Origin: a virus
Taxonomy: Duplodnaviria; Caudoviricetes
Length of the DNA stretch: 64,000 nucleotides
Virus record (IMG/VR): IMGVR_UViG_3300031867_000001
Location: 128,001 to 192,000 of that record
Strand: one strand, 5' to 3'
Part shown: positions 51,875 to 61,203 of the stretch, in pieces
Numbering within the stretch: position 1 is the stretch's first letter
Layout: the number at the start of each line of letters is the position of its first letter
Notes under the pieces: generated by a model
The model's input: only the letters and a program-made list of their open reading frames with translations
The model's database searches: none
Told to the model about the DNA's origin: nothing
Program-made: the position numbers and the translations under genes

Positions 51875-52075
51875 CCAATTGAACATTGTGATGAGTTGGT
51901 TTGTTGCGTACTCGTGGAAGCCGCTAACTCTAACTTCCACGTTTATTTGCGATTTTACTCGCAAATTATGATACTACCCGTAGTGTCGGGAATATAAATC
52001 TCGCCGATTTCAGTCATATTAACACCTCCTTTATACGGAGAATTCCACTCCGTCGATTTCACAATGTTCAATTGG
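51875..52075 (-). ncRNA. Structured RNA element with micro-ORF, copy 1
   Basis: 17-bp perfect terminal inverted repeat (51875-51891 / 52059-52075) and three internal hairpins shared with copy 2. Confidence 0.65.
51955..52017 (-). CDS. Micro-peptide MTEIGEIYIPDTTGSIIICE (20 aa)
   Basis: AAAGGAGG SD, 8 nt from AGGAG to ATG; paralogue at 54721-54774 differs largely at synonymous positions. Confidence 0.7.
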   Translation of the reverse strand: MTEIGEIYIPDTTGSIIICE

Positions 52076-52084
52076 CTTTTGGTA

Positions 52085-52114
52085 ATATATGCGGGGAATA
52101 TTCCCCGCATATAT
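52085..52114. repeat. 30-bp perfect palindrome ATATATGCGGGGAATATTCCCCGCATATAT
   Basis: Lies between the early-promoter motif and RNA element copy 1. Confidence 0.7.
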
Positions 52115-52147
52115 CATATTAATTATATATATTTCAAATTTTAATAT
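52115..52147 (-). promoter_or_regulatory. Putative early promoter
   Basis: 33/33 identical to 16506-16538. Confidence 0.7.
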
Positions 52148-52453
52148 TACATAAAATTAATCATGTCTCATGTTTGATGAATATGACTTGTATGGTTTTC
52201 TCAATTCCTTTACGTCAATACCACGTCAGGTATAAGAAATGAAAATGAAATGAAAGTGAAGTAGATTTCTATCATGACCATATTCTCAATAATAAAAAAA
52301 TAAAAATTCACAATCTTGTGTCTTTTTCAGCCGCTAACTGTTTTATTACCATGAGACGGATATGCATGGTCGGAGTATTAGGTTGCATTGTACTAATACT
52401 TCGACGCGGAGTCAATAATGAAGCTCGGTTCTGATCTTCTCTCATATATGGTT

Positions 52454-52483
52454 TGATTACGGGGGCGTGTGCCCCCGTAATCA
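52454..52483. terminator. Hairpin TGATTACGGGGGC-GTGT-GCCCCCGTAATCA
   Basis: 3' of the 52498 gene. Confidence 0.7.
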
Positions 52484-52497
52484 TTCCCCTCTCATGA

Positions 52498-53244
52498 TTA
52501 GTTTCCATACCACCAAGTCTTGAATGCCGAACCGAAATTGATCGGTCTTTTTACATAGTCATCGCATTCATCACAGCCGGTTGTGATATCAGTATAGATG
52601 ACTCCTTTATTGGTGAATACGTGTTTACCATACTCTTGCTGAAATTCTGCAATAGTTGCATTCTCTCCACCATTAGAAGGAGTGAATGTACAAATCTGAC
52701 ATCTACCATATCCTGGTTTACCCATATTCTGGCAGTATTTGCATGTACGGCAAACGTTTACAGATGTCGGTCTATTGTCGAGAATATCATTGATAACCTC
52801 GAGAATCATGTTGTCCAACTCTCCATCAAACGCATTGTAGATGGCTTGGAATACGATTGACATCTTCTCGGTATCATATCCACCATCATCAACAATCTGA
52901 ATCATTCTGAAGAAGAGCTCTCCCATGAATTCTTTCGATTGTTTTGGATCAAGAGCTATGATGCGTTTTGCAATAGCCGAGTTGTTGATCAACGTTCCAT
53001 ACTTCTTGATGACAAGCCATGAGAACTTACCAGCTTCATTCAACTTATCATCCATATGAATCAGCTGACGATGCGACATGTGAACGCATGTCGGAGATGA
53101 GATCTCGATTGTATCATCGGTTCTGTCAACGATAATAGACAAGTGGGCAGTTGGCTGCCCACTCACACGAATGTTTACATTACCTTTCTTTTCAAAGTCG
53201 TTTAAAGCTTTGATGAAGGAATCGCCGAGTCTTTCATTATTCAT
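52498..53244 (-). CDS. Hypothetical protein with C-terminal Cys-rich (metal-binding) domain
   Basis: CRTCKYC...C..C...C..C; AAGGAG SD. Confidence 0.75.
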   Translation of the reverse strand: MNNERLGDSFIKALNDFEKKGNVNIRVSGQPTAHLSIIVDRTDDTIEISSPTCVHMSHRQLIHMDDKLNEAGKFSWLVIKKYGTLINNSAIAKRIIALDPKQSKEFMGELFFRMIQIVDDGGYDTEKMSIVFQAIYNAFDGELDNMILEVINDILDNRPTSVNVCRTCKYCQNMGKPGYGRCQICTFTPSNGGENATIAEFQQEYGKHVFTNKGVIYTDITTGCDECDDYVKRPINFGSAFKTWWYGN

Positions 53245-53246
53245 TT

Positions 53247-54599
53247 TTATTCTCCTTTCTTATATACGGAAGCGAATTCAACAATCTCTTGTGCGGTTTT
53301 ACCTTTCAACAGTTCCACCTGCAAAGTTGCGAATGTCAAACCTTCTCCAACATGTGTCGGAGTGATACCATTACCAGGGAAATATTTGTCTATAAATTCC
53401 TTTAATGTCTCCGGGCATACGGATGGGATCTCAACACAAATGTCACATCTACCGGGTCTGATCAATGCTGGATCCAACTTATTCTTGTGATTTGTTGTCA
53501 TGATATAGATGATGTTCTTTGGTGATGCAGCTCCATCAAACGTGTTCAAGATTGTTGCCAAACCACGACTGTTGCATTTAATGTTGTCGAAGTCTGTATC
53601 ATCATTATCATCATCATTGATAACTAATCTGGATCGCAGCATGTTAGTTGTTTCATTTAATCCAGAATCGATATCCTCAATACATAATACTCGATAATGT
53701 GATTTTGTTACCGGGTTTAACCTGATATGATTTTTGACGATATTGTCAATATAACGAATATTATCGCCCGAGGTAACATAGAATGCTGCATCAATTTCAT
53801 TCGCAATTGCTTGCGCTATGGAGCTCTTGCCAGTACCAGGATCTGAGTATAATAAGATACCAAAATGGTTGGGGATATTGCTCGACTCATAGAAGTCGTA
53901 TGATTCAACGTACTTCTTCACTGGATCCATGATTTGATGATATATGGAATTCGGAATGAATACGTCTTCGAACGTTCGCAGCTTTCGATTGTCTACAATG
54001 TCAATATTGCTGTAGTCACTGATGACAAAGAACTGTCCATACTCACGCATACGTTCATTGATCTGTAACATCGACAGTTTGTAGCATTCAGCAATAAACA
54101 TCTTAAGTGTCTTGATACACTTGTCAACATTGAGTGTCGACAAGGTCAATTTATACTTAGATTGTCCATCAACATACTCCGGATTGTATGTGGATTTCAG
54201 CAGTATCGGAACGTTGTGATACATGATGATTTTCTGGAAATTGCTGCCTCTACTCCACATCAAATCCTTCTTATACTTGATTGGTTCAAAATCATCAAGA
54301 TGGTTGATCCTTAAGCAATCATCATAGTTATTGAAGAATTTAAACAAACCATATGAGATTTGTTCATATGTGTCTTTGATGGAGATGGTGTGGATGCAGT
54401 TGGACTTTGTTTGTTCAAGCAATGTTTTGATGACTGGTGATAATACTTCTGCAGCAATAACAGTCCCCGCTGATTGGAACATCTTTGCTTTGAGATTCTT
54501 GATCTTTTCCTTCCTCTTGTCGTTGTTCAGTTTGGCATGGTATTTATGCCATTCACGTGGATTTAAACCGGATTGCTTCCTCCGTTTGTTGTTGTTCAT
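53247..54599 (-). CDS. AAA+ ATPase, BCS1-like
   Basis: GILLYSDPGTGKSS, IEDID, LNTFDG and MTTNH..KLDPALIRPGRCD. Confidence 0.9.
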   Translation of the reverse strand: MNNNKRRKQSGLNPREWHKYHAKLNNDKRKEKIKNLKAKMFQSAGTVIAAEVLSPVIKTLLEQTKSNCIHTISIKDTYEQISYGLFKFFNNYDDCLRINHLDDFEPIKYKKDLMWSRGSNFQKIIMYHNVPILLKSTYNPEYVDGQSKYKLTLSTLNVDKCIKTLKMFIAECYKLSMLQINERMREYGQFFVISDYSNIDIVDNRKLRTFEDVFIPNSIYHQIMDPVKKYVESYDFYESSNIPNHFGILLYSDPGTGKSSIAQAIANEIDAAFYVTSGDNIRYIDNIVKNHIRLNPVTKSHYRVLCIEDIDSGLNETTNMLRSRLVINDDDNDDTDFDNIKCNSRGLATILNTFDGAASPKNIIYIMTTNHKNKLDPALIRPGRCDICVEIPSVCPETLKEFIDKYFPGNGITPTHVGEGLTFATLQVELLKGKTAQEIVEFASVYKKGE

Positions 54600-54633
54600 A
54601 TCATTTCTCCTTTACCAATTTACTTATGATTAA

Positions 54634-54835
54634 TCCAAATCTGGGATACTTATGATACGTTTGTTTATTACGGGTACGGAAGGTTGTGGCTTCCGTTTAT
54701 TATTCTTTAATTATTTGCGATTATTCGCAAATAATAATACTACCATCAGTATTAGGAATATAAACTTCTTCCACATTATCAGCTCCTTTATACGGAGAAT
54801 TCCACTCCGTCAATTTCATGAGTATTCCATTTGGA
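54634..54835 (-). ncRNA. Structured RNA element with micro-ORF, copy 2
   Basis: Imperfect terminal inverted repeat (54634-54655 / 54816-54835); 29-nt block identical to copy 1 (54783-54811 = 52026-52054). Confidence 0.65.
54721..54774 (-). CDS. Micro-peptide MEEVYIPNTDGSIIICE (17 aa, GTG start)
   Basis: Same AGGAG-8 nt-start spacing as copy 1; conserved YIPxTxGSIIICE. Confidence 0.65.
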   Translation of the reverse strand: MEEVYIPNTDGSIIICE

Positions 54836-54836
54836 C

Positions 54837-54858
54837 CATATTAATTATATAAATATAA
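54837..54858 (-). promoter_or_regulatory. Putative early promoter
   Basis: TATATAATTAATATG directly abuts RNA element copy 2. Confidence 0.65.
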
Positions 54859-54866
54859 AAAATACG

Positions 54867-54890
54867 AATGCGGGGGATATCCCCCGCATT
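54867..54890. terminator. Perfect palindrome AATGCGGGGGATATCCCCCGCATT
   Basis: 3' of the gyrB-RNAP operon. Confidence 0.75.
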
Positions 54891-54900
54891 ACATATACTT

Positions 54901-55653
54901 TTACTTCTTCCATCCGTATGAATGTGCAATGATCTCTCCCAACACATTGGAGAAATTATTTGATTCGGATCGAGGTCCATTTCTGAACTCAATGCCTATA
55001 TGATAATAACCTTCTTTGTTCTTATATGTCTCTATTACCGAATAATCGGTGTGTTTCTTTAATAACGCAATCAATTCCATCAGCTGTGATTTGTTGTAAC
55101 ACTGGAATGTGTAAACACCATTGTTTTTGGTTTTGTCATTCTGATATACAACATGTGCAATCAAATCTTGCGGAACCAATTCGCGTAACTTATAAATTCT
55201 GGACGTATCAAACCCGGGTTCTTTTTCAAAAGACATCATTGTCAATGTTTTGAATCGATCATGATAATACTCTTGTCTACCGAGTGAATTATCAACTAAG
55301 AATCCATGTAACAAATCCGTGATGTCTTTGATTGTTGTGATATTAGATGCGATTTCTGATTGCAACCTGGATGGTGTGCATGCATAAATATAATCAATCG
55401 CTTCTGATAATCTCAACTTGAGAACAATCGTGTCTTTATCCATGTATTGTGTTTGATACCACAACGTATTTGCATGAAAATGGTTTGTCTCCCAGAACTT
55501 ACGACAGAAGTATTCCCACGGATGATCATACTTCAACGTGACTTCGAATATACCATTGTCATATAATCCTTCGGATCTGTATCCTTTTGAAAGAAGATAT
55601 TTCAACGTATCATCGAATGTTCGAACAATCGGTTCTACCAACAATACTTCCAT
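54901..55653 (-). CDS. Hypothetical protein
   Basis: GGAGG SD before MEVLL. Confidence 0.7.
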   Translation of the reverse strand: MEVLLVEPIVRTFDDTLKYLLSKGYRSEGLYDNGIFEVTLKYDHPWEYFCRKFWETNHFHANTLWYQTQYMDKDTIVLKLRLSEAIDYIYACTPSRLQSEIASNITTIKDITDLLHGFLVDNSLGRQEYYHDRFKTLTMMSFEKEPGFDTSRIYKLRELVPQDLIAHVVYQNDKTKNNGVYTFQCYNKSQLMELIALLKKHTDYSVIETYKNKEGYYHIGIEFRNGPRSESNNFSNVLGEIIAHSYGWKK

Positions 55654-55680
55654 ACTATTACCTCCCATTTTGTATGTGTG

Positions 55681-56718
55681 TTAGAATAACTCTAACAGAT
55701 TCATTCCTTGAATGGACAACTTTGACAGTCCATCAATATCCAACTTATCAACCATTTGAGCTTTGGTTTTCTCCAATGCAGATGGCTTGATTAATTTGAC
55801 ATGTGATTCAATATCAATCAATGGATAATTCTTCAGAATGTATTCATGATAAATTGGTTTCAAAATCGGAAGTACGGATTCAACCGCTTTTGGATCGGAT
55901 GGTATTTTATGTTGTTCAACTGCACGAATCAAATCATTTGCATATGCAGTAATACCAAGTGGCTGAATTCCTTGGATTGCACGATCCTTGGAACCAATCA
56001 ACAGCTGTAATGTATTATAGAATACTTTGTTTGCAATAAATGCATCCACCAACTGGTCATCAATCTTGGATACTGCATGAACAAGCATCTGTGGATCGGA
56101 TATCTGTGACAAACCATTTGCAACGAATCTGGAATAAATGACTTTTGTATTCTCCATATAGAAATGGGAAGACATGAATGGATCCGCCGTTACAACGATT
56201 TTATCACGCTTTGGTTCAGACAGTACTTGTGGCAGTACATATGAATCAAACTTATCCGACTTGATCAGATATCCAGATGGTATATACTGCAATACTGTCT
56301 GTACGATCTTGATGGATTCGTCCCAGTAATATACCAACTGTCGGAAATTGTCCTGTTCGAATTTATGTTTGAACGGAATCAAATATGAACGCAATGTATC
56401 ATGTTCACATAATCTTTCAAAGTGATAATCATTTACGATCATAAAGATTCTTGAATTATTCCATTTTCTTGAATAATCTTTCCAATGTTTGAATGTTTGT
56501 AATAAACACAAAACAATGTCAACTTGAACATCCGATGAAAATGGTAATGAATTCATGAACTTTCTTGAAGAAGCCATTGACGACAATAATGAGTTGAGGT
56601 CGATAAAGATATCGACCCCACACACTGCTGGTATATATGTTTCACCCAATGCCATTGTTATGATCTTATAACGCGGCTTCAATTGTCCTGTCAATGGTCC
56701 AATTGAATAACTTCTCAT
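55681..56718 (-). CDS. Putative PIN/FEN-like 5'-3' nuclease-fold protein (degenerate)
   Basis: IFIDLNSL N-terminal strand, IVVTAD and LIGSKDRAIQGI (H3TH-like); replication cluster context. Confidence 0.45.
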   Translation of the reverse strand: MRSYSIGPLTGQLKPRYKIITMALGETYIPAVCGVDIFIDLNSLLSSMASSRKFMNSLPFSSDVQVDIVLCLLQTFKHWKDYSRKWNNSRIFMIVNDYHFERLCEHDTLRSYLIPFKHKFEQDNFRQLVYYWDESIKIVQTVLQYIPSGYLIKSDKFDSYVLPQVLSEPKRDKIVVTADPFMSSHFYMENTKVIYSRFVANGLSQISDPQMLVHAVSKIDDQLVDAFIANKVFYNTLQLLIGSKDRAIQGIQPLGITAYANDLIRAVEQHKIPSDPKAVESVLPILKPIYHEYILKNYPLIDIESHVKLIKPSALEKTKAQMVDKLDIDGLSKLSIQGMNLLELF

Positions 56719-56736
56719 TGCATTTCCTCCATTGTA

Positions 56737-58737
56737 TTATAAGTAACCTTCACCAAACATGAAGTCGGAGAATGAACGAACACCAACTCGGTTGATTTCA
56801 TTTCTTGCATCAAATACGGAACGTAACAACTGATCGGATGTCTTCTCAAATGCAACAGCAGTCATTGCGGATTCGGAATTATCCAATGCAGTCTTAACGG
56901 TCACGATCTGATATGGCTCATTGTCATTCAACCAATTTGGACGCAGCATTCTGTTGTCGATGTCTCTGACCAAATGACCAATGATGATTTCTCCATGTAC
57001 CGAGAAGATCGGAATCAATCCATGCAAGATATTCATCAACGAGCAAACGGCATCTGCAATATTGTCATATTTTGCAATACCGGAATTGAAGAACTTGATG
57101 ATGTCCATATACTTGGAGATGACACTGATGTTGACTGGTGTGATTTCACATAATGCACCACCAGATTCCACAACCTTGAAGTTTGTGGTTTGGAGATATG
57201 TGACGTCATCAATCTCAACACGTTTCATCTTATCCAGTACTTGAGATGGAATATGGATATCTGCATAATTGGATACAGTTACTTCTTCCATGTCTTTACC
57301 CATATAGAATGTCAGTGACTCACTCAGATTGTTGTGATAATCTTCACGAATCATGATATTGAATCTCTTCTCATCTAAAGGATATACATTTGAAGAATAC
57401 ATTTGTAACCACTTATCCCAATTGGTTGTGAATTCAACACGTTCTGCATCTGTCTTCAACAAATGTTTTGCACTTAAGATATTCTGCGACACACGGGATG
57501 TCATAAGCTCTGTCGTGTAAATGAATCCACCTTCCAAGTCACCAACTTGTGTTGCGATTGTTCCATAACAAACATGACAACAATCTTCATTCAAGTTACA
57601 TGTACATGGAGAACGGAACCACAGCGTTTCACCGATCAAATCACGATCAGTCTTATGCAACACATGTAAGATTCCATCATTCTTATTCTTCATATAGAAA
57701 CGACCTTGCATCATATGAAGTACGGTATCATCAACTGTAATCGGAATGGGATTGCGTGATCCACAATCATAAATGGTTTTGGAGATTGTACCGTATGTGA
57801 GCATCATCATGTTTCGATTAAAGTATCCAGATTCTCCCATCCATCTTTCATTCATTAAGTCTGGAACTTTCGCTGCAATTGAGGCGGCATAGAAAACTGG
57901 CTTGTCATGATAACCCGCTTTGAATCCATTACCATTCATAATTACGGGAATGATGTCACGACCATCAGGAATCTGGGAGAAGTTGATATACAATTCTTCC
58001 ATCTGCTTCGGTTTAACAATCTTCGCATATTTCGAATCGATGAAGAATGGATTACCACGTTTCATCATTTCTTGTTCCAGAATCTTATACTTCGCAGCAT
58101 TGTTTGCAACAATGTCAACCGTCTGCATATCAGGTGGATATTCCGTATCATTAATCTCGCGAACGATTTCAGATTCCATATAATGATCCAAGAACAGATT
58201 CTCAGCTGTGAAGATCTGTAAATCTGCTTGTGAGAAGATTGCCGTTTGCTCTTTCAAATCAAGTGACATTCTCGCCATGATGGTTTGGATTTCAAAGTTG
58301 CTTAATCCATTTCCACGTAATACCAGAACGATATGATCTTGAATTGCTTCACGATCCTTTTCTGACATGAACTTATGCAGAATGAAATCATTGATATCTA
58401 CTTTATGCAGATATGGAAGAATGGTTCTGATAAATGCCATTGAAATCATGAATCGATTTAATGGGATTGCATAAACCATTGTATCATCAACCGATACTTT
58501 GAAATGCATTGGTGTATGCTGGAGAACATCATTGTTGTATTTGATATTCCAGCAACAAACACACACATCAACAACCCGGTTGTATAATTGATCATATAAA
58601 TCGGGATCTGTATATCGATCCAGAATGATTAAATCACCAAGCAATTGATACACCAATTCAGGTGTATCAATCGTTTGGTACTGACGGATGTCTGGGAATT
58701 GCGATTCATTCACATCTGTGTCACGATTAAAATTCAT
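56737..58737 (-). CDS. RNA polymerase beta' subunit C-terminal fragment (probably non-virion RNAP)
   Basis: ESGYFNR, DCGS, FRSPCTCN..CCHVCYG, SQNILSAKH and VHGEIII; co-transcribed with gyrB. Confidence 0.85.
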   Translation of the reverse strand: MNFNRDTDVNESQFPDIRQYQTIDTPELVYQLLGDLIILDRYTDPDLYDQLYNRVVDVCVCCWNIKYNNDVLQHTPMHFKVSVDDTMVYAIPLNRFMISMAFIRTILPYLHKVDINDFILHKFMSEKDREAIQDHIVLVLRGNGLSNFEIQTIMARMSLDLKEQTAIFSQADLQIFTAENLFLDHYMESEIVREINDTEYPPDMQTVDIVANNAAKYKILEQEMMKRGNPFFIDSKYAKIVKPKQMEELYINFSQIPDGRDIIPVIMNGNGFKAGYHDKPVFYAASIAAKVPDLMNERWMGESGYFNRNMMMLTYGTISKTIYDCGSRNPIPITVDDTVLHMMQGRFYMKNKNDGILHVLHKTDRDLIGETLWFRSPCTCNLNEDCCHVCYGTIATQVGDLEGGFIYTTELMTSRVSQNILSAKHLLKTDAERVEFTTNWDKWLQMYSSNVYPLDEKRFNIMIREDYHNNLSESLTFYMGKDMEEVTVSNYADIHIPSQVLDKMKRVEIDDVTYLQTTNFKVVESGGALCEITPVNISVISKYMDIIKFFNSGIAKYDNIADAVCSLMNILHGLIPIFSVHGEIIIGHLVRDIDNRMLRPNWLNDNEPYQIVTVKTALDNSESAMTAVAFEKTSDQLLRSVFDARNEINRVGVRSFSDFMFGEGYL

Positions 58738-58761
58738 AATGGAATCCTCCTTCTCATTACA

Positions 58762-61104
58762 TTAAGAATCAATATCTGCTTTTGTGAACTTGAAATTCAT
58801 CAACATATCTTTTCTTTGGTTGATATAGTCCTTACCTTGTCCGACTAATGCACCCATCTGAGACATTACAATCGCATCGTCCATTGTGACACGATAAATA
58901 CGTCTGACACTTGGATCCATAACCACTTCCCGCAGAACTTCTGGATCAGAAGATCCCAGTCCTTTGTAACGTCCTTTGATCTGAGGATAGATGTCTTCGA
59001 TATATTCAAAGAAGTGAGACAATTCACACTGTTCATCAATCTTACGTTTGTTCGATGTATAATGAATCATCAAACCATACTTCTTCAAGATATCAATCAC
59101 GGATGATAGTTCGGTAATTAATTCGTCATCAATCATTACGAAATTATCCGTCAATTCAATGACTGAATAAATCTGATTGGTGTTATGGTCATATCCGATC
59201 TCACTAAAGACGGATGCAACAGACTTCAACCATTTGTCGATATGCTTGATGAATGCTTCTTTACTTCCGTAATGTGCAATACCAAATGCAATGTACTCCA
59301 ATAAGTATCTATTAACGGAACGATTGATCGAACACTCCTTCAGAATATTCAAGTAATCAAATGCATCTGTCACGAAATCAGAAGTTGAGATTTTGATTTT
59401 AGACATCGGGAATTCGGTCTTTAAATCACCAATGGATTTGATACACTGCTGAATGTATTCAGTTTGTGTTGCAACATACTTGACATCCTTACCACGCACG
59501 AGTTTGTACAGCGGTGGTTCTGCAATATACAACTTTCCTGCAAGAATCAACTCTGGTAAGAATCTCATAAAGAATGTGCACATCATGACACGAATATGGA
59601 ATCCATCAATATCTGCATCAGTTGTGATAATGATCTTATCATATTTCAATTTCTTTAAGTCCGGCGGATATCCACACTCCAATGTCGGAATGACATGTTT
59701 CCATGAATCAGATGTTAATGCCTTTTGTGGATCCGATTCGTATGTGTTTAATGGTTTACCCTTGAAGAAGAGAATTGCTTGATACCGTGCATCACGTGCA
59801 CCATTCAATCCACCACCTGCGGAATTACCCTCAACCAAGAATAACTCTTTTGGATGATCGGTTTTTACATTGGAACACGGAATGAATGAATCTGGGGTTG
59901 ACCATTGTCTCTTGACCTTTGTGACAGATTTCAAATCACGTGCTTGTTCACCTGCCATACGAGCACGGTGATTTCCAAGGATTGCTTCCACAATGGAACC
60001 AATCGCTGTATGATTCGATTCATTCAATGCATCATAACACTTCTTGGCAATTTCTTGTCCAAGTGATTTTGATAATACTTTATGTTTCGACTGAGATGAG
60101 AAGATGTGTGCCATATCACATTCTCCACGAACAACCAACTGCATATGTGCAAGAATGTCTTTCCGCAAATCTTCACCTTGTAATCTCTTATTACGACGAA
60201 CACACTCTTCGGTCAAATACTTTGTTAATGCACGAATGATACCATCGACATGATCACCGTTCTCTGGTGTATAAATCATGTTCATCCAAGAGTGACGGAT
60301 GTCTTCTTGATTATTGGCATACATCAATGCAAAATCAATCTTGTATTTACGATGTGTGGTTTTGTCCATAAAGGTTTCATCAATATCACCATGGAAGGAT
60401 AAACTCAAAGTATCGCTTAAACACTTTTCATCTTCACGATCAATTCCGAAGAATTGTTTCAATGGTTTATGTTGTACTTTATATGTCTTGCCATTTGCAA
60501 TGTAAGTGACGTTTGTGTTCGGATGTAACGTGTAATCAAAGTCTTTCAACCAATCCAATACTCGATCGACGGGAATGTTTCCATAACCCATGACTTTCTT
60601 AGACGGAGCATAAGTGACATCCAATCCATGTTCATCACCATTGTACTCTTCCAAGATTCGATCAACCAATTCCGCTTCTTTGTAAATCAGCGTCAAACGC
60701 TTATGTTCATTTGGACGTGTTGATACGACTTTGAGATATGATGATAGTGCCAACAAACATGTGGAACCACCAAGTGAGTTTTCACCACGTGTTGCACCAT
60801 TGGATCGTGTCATATTGGTACCAGCTTGCATTGTCTCGTAAATCTTCTGCATAATGTCGGTCGGAATACCACGTCCATTATCAACAACTCGGATTTGTTT
60901 ATCCGTCATAGTAATGGTGAATGAATCACATGGTGAATCTACTTTCATTGCTTCATCCGATGCATTATCAATCAATTCTTTACAAAGGTGAAATACTCCC
61001 GCTTCACCAATTGCGGAAATGAACATTGTCGGACGAGTTCGGATTCTTTGTATATCAACTTCAATGATATCATATTTGTCATCCTTGAATTGTTTCTTCT
61101 TCAT
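58762..61104 (-). CDS. gyrB: Type IIA topoisomerase subunit B (GyrB/ParE-like)
   Basis: IRTRPTMFI, ELIDNASDE, DNGRGIP, TOPRIM VEGNSAGG, TDADIDG.HI, PPLY and RYKGLG. Confidence 0.93.
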   Translation of the reverse strand: MKKKQFKDDKYDIIEVDIQRIRTRPTMFISAIGEAGVFHLCKELIDNASDEAMKVDSPCDSFTITMTDKQIRVVDNGRGIPTDIMQKIYETMQAGTNMTRSNGATRGENSLGGSTCLLALSSYLKVVSTRPNEHKRLTLIYKEAELVDRILEEYNGDEHGLDVTYAPSKKVMGYGNIPVDRVLDWLKDFDYTLHPNTNVTYIANGKTYKVQHKPLKQFFGIDREDEKCLSDTLSLSFHGDIDETFMDKTTHRKYKIDFALMYANNQEDIRHSWMNMIYTPENGDHVDGIIRALTKYLTEECVRRNKRLQGEDLRKDILAHMQLVVRGECDMAHIFSSQSKHKVLSKSLGQEIAKKCYDALNESNHTAIGSIVEAILGNHRARMAGEQARDLKSVTKVKRQWSTPDSFIPCSNVKTDHPKELFLVEGNSAGGGLNGARDARYQAILFFKGKPLNTYESDPQKALTSDSWKHVIPTLECGYPPDLKKLKYDKIIITTDADIDGFHIRVMMCTFFMRFLPELILAGKLYIAEPPLYKLVRGKDVKYVATQTEYIQQCIKSIGDLKTEFPMSKIKISTSDFVTDAFDYLNILKECSINRSVNRYLLEYIAFGIAHYGSKEAFIKHIDKWLKSVASVFSEIGYDHNTNQIYSVIELTDNFVMIDDELITELSSVIDILKKYGLMIHYTSNKRKIDEQCELSHFFEYIEDIYPQIKGRYKGLGSSDPEVLREVVMDPSVRRIYRVTMDDAIVMSQMGALVGQGKDYINQRKDMLMNFKFTKADIDS

Positions 61105-61203
61105 GTATAATAACCTCCAAATCATAAAAAGTATACGTAAAGAGAAGTTTCCTCCATTCGCATCTTAAATATGTAAATATGAAAAATGATAAAAAATGCA
61201 TTG

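Noticed and set aside
52308-52508. 66-aa minus-strand ORF
   Set aside because: It overlaps the upstream stop, spans a terminator and has no SD.
51875-54835. Retron msr-msd, tmRNA or CRISPR interpretation of the duplicated cassette
   Set aside because: No reverse transcriptase in the window, no tRNA-like acceptor or T-arm, and only two distant copies with no spacer array.
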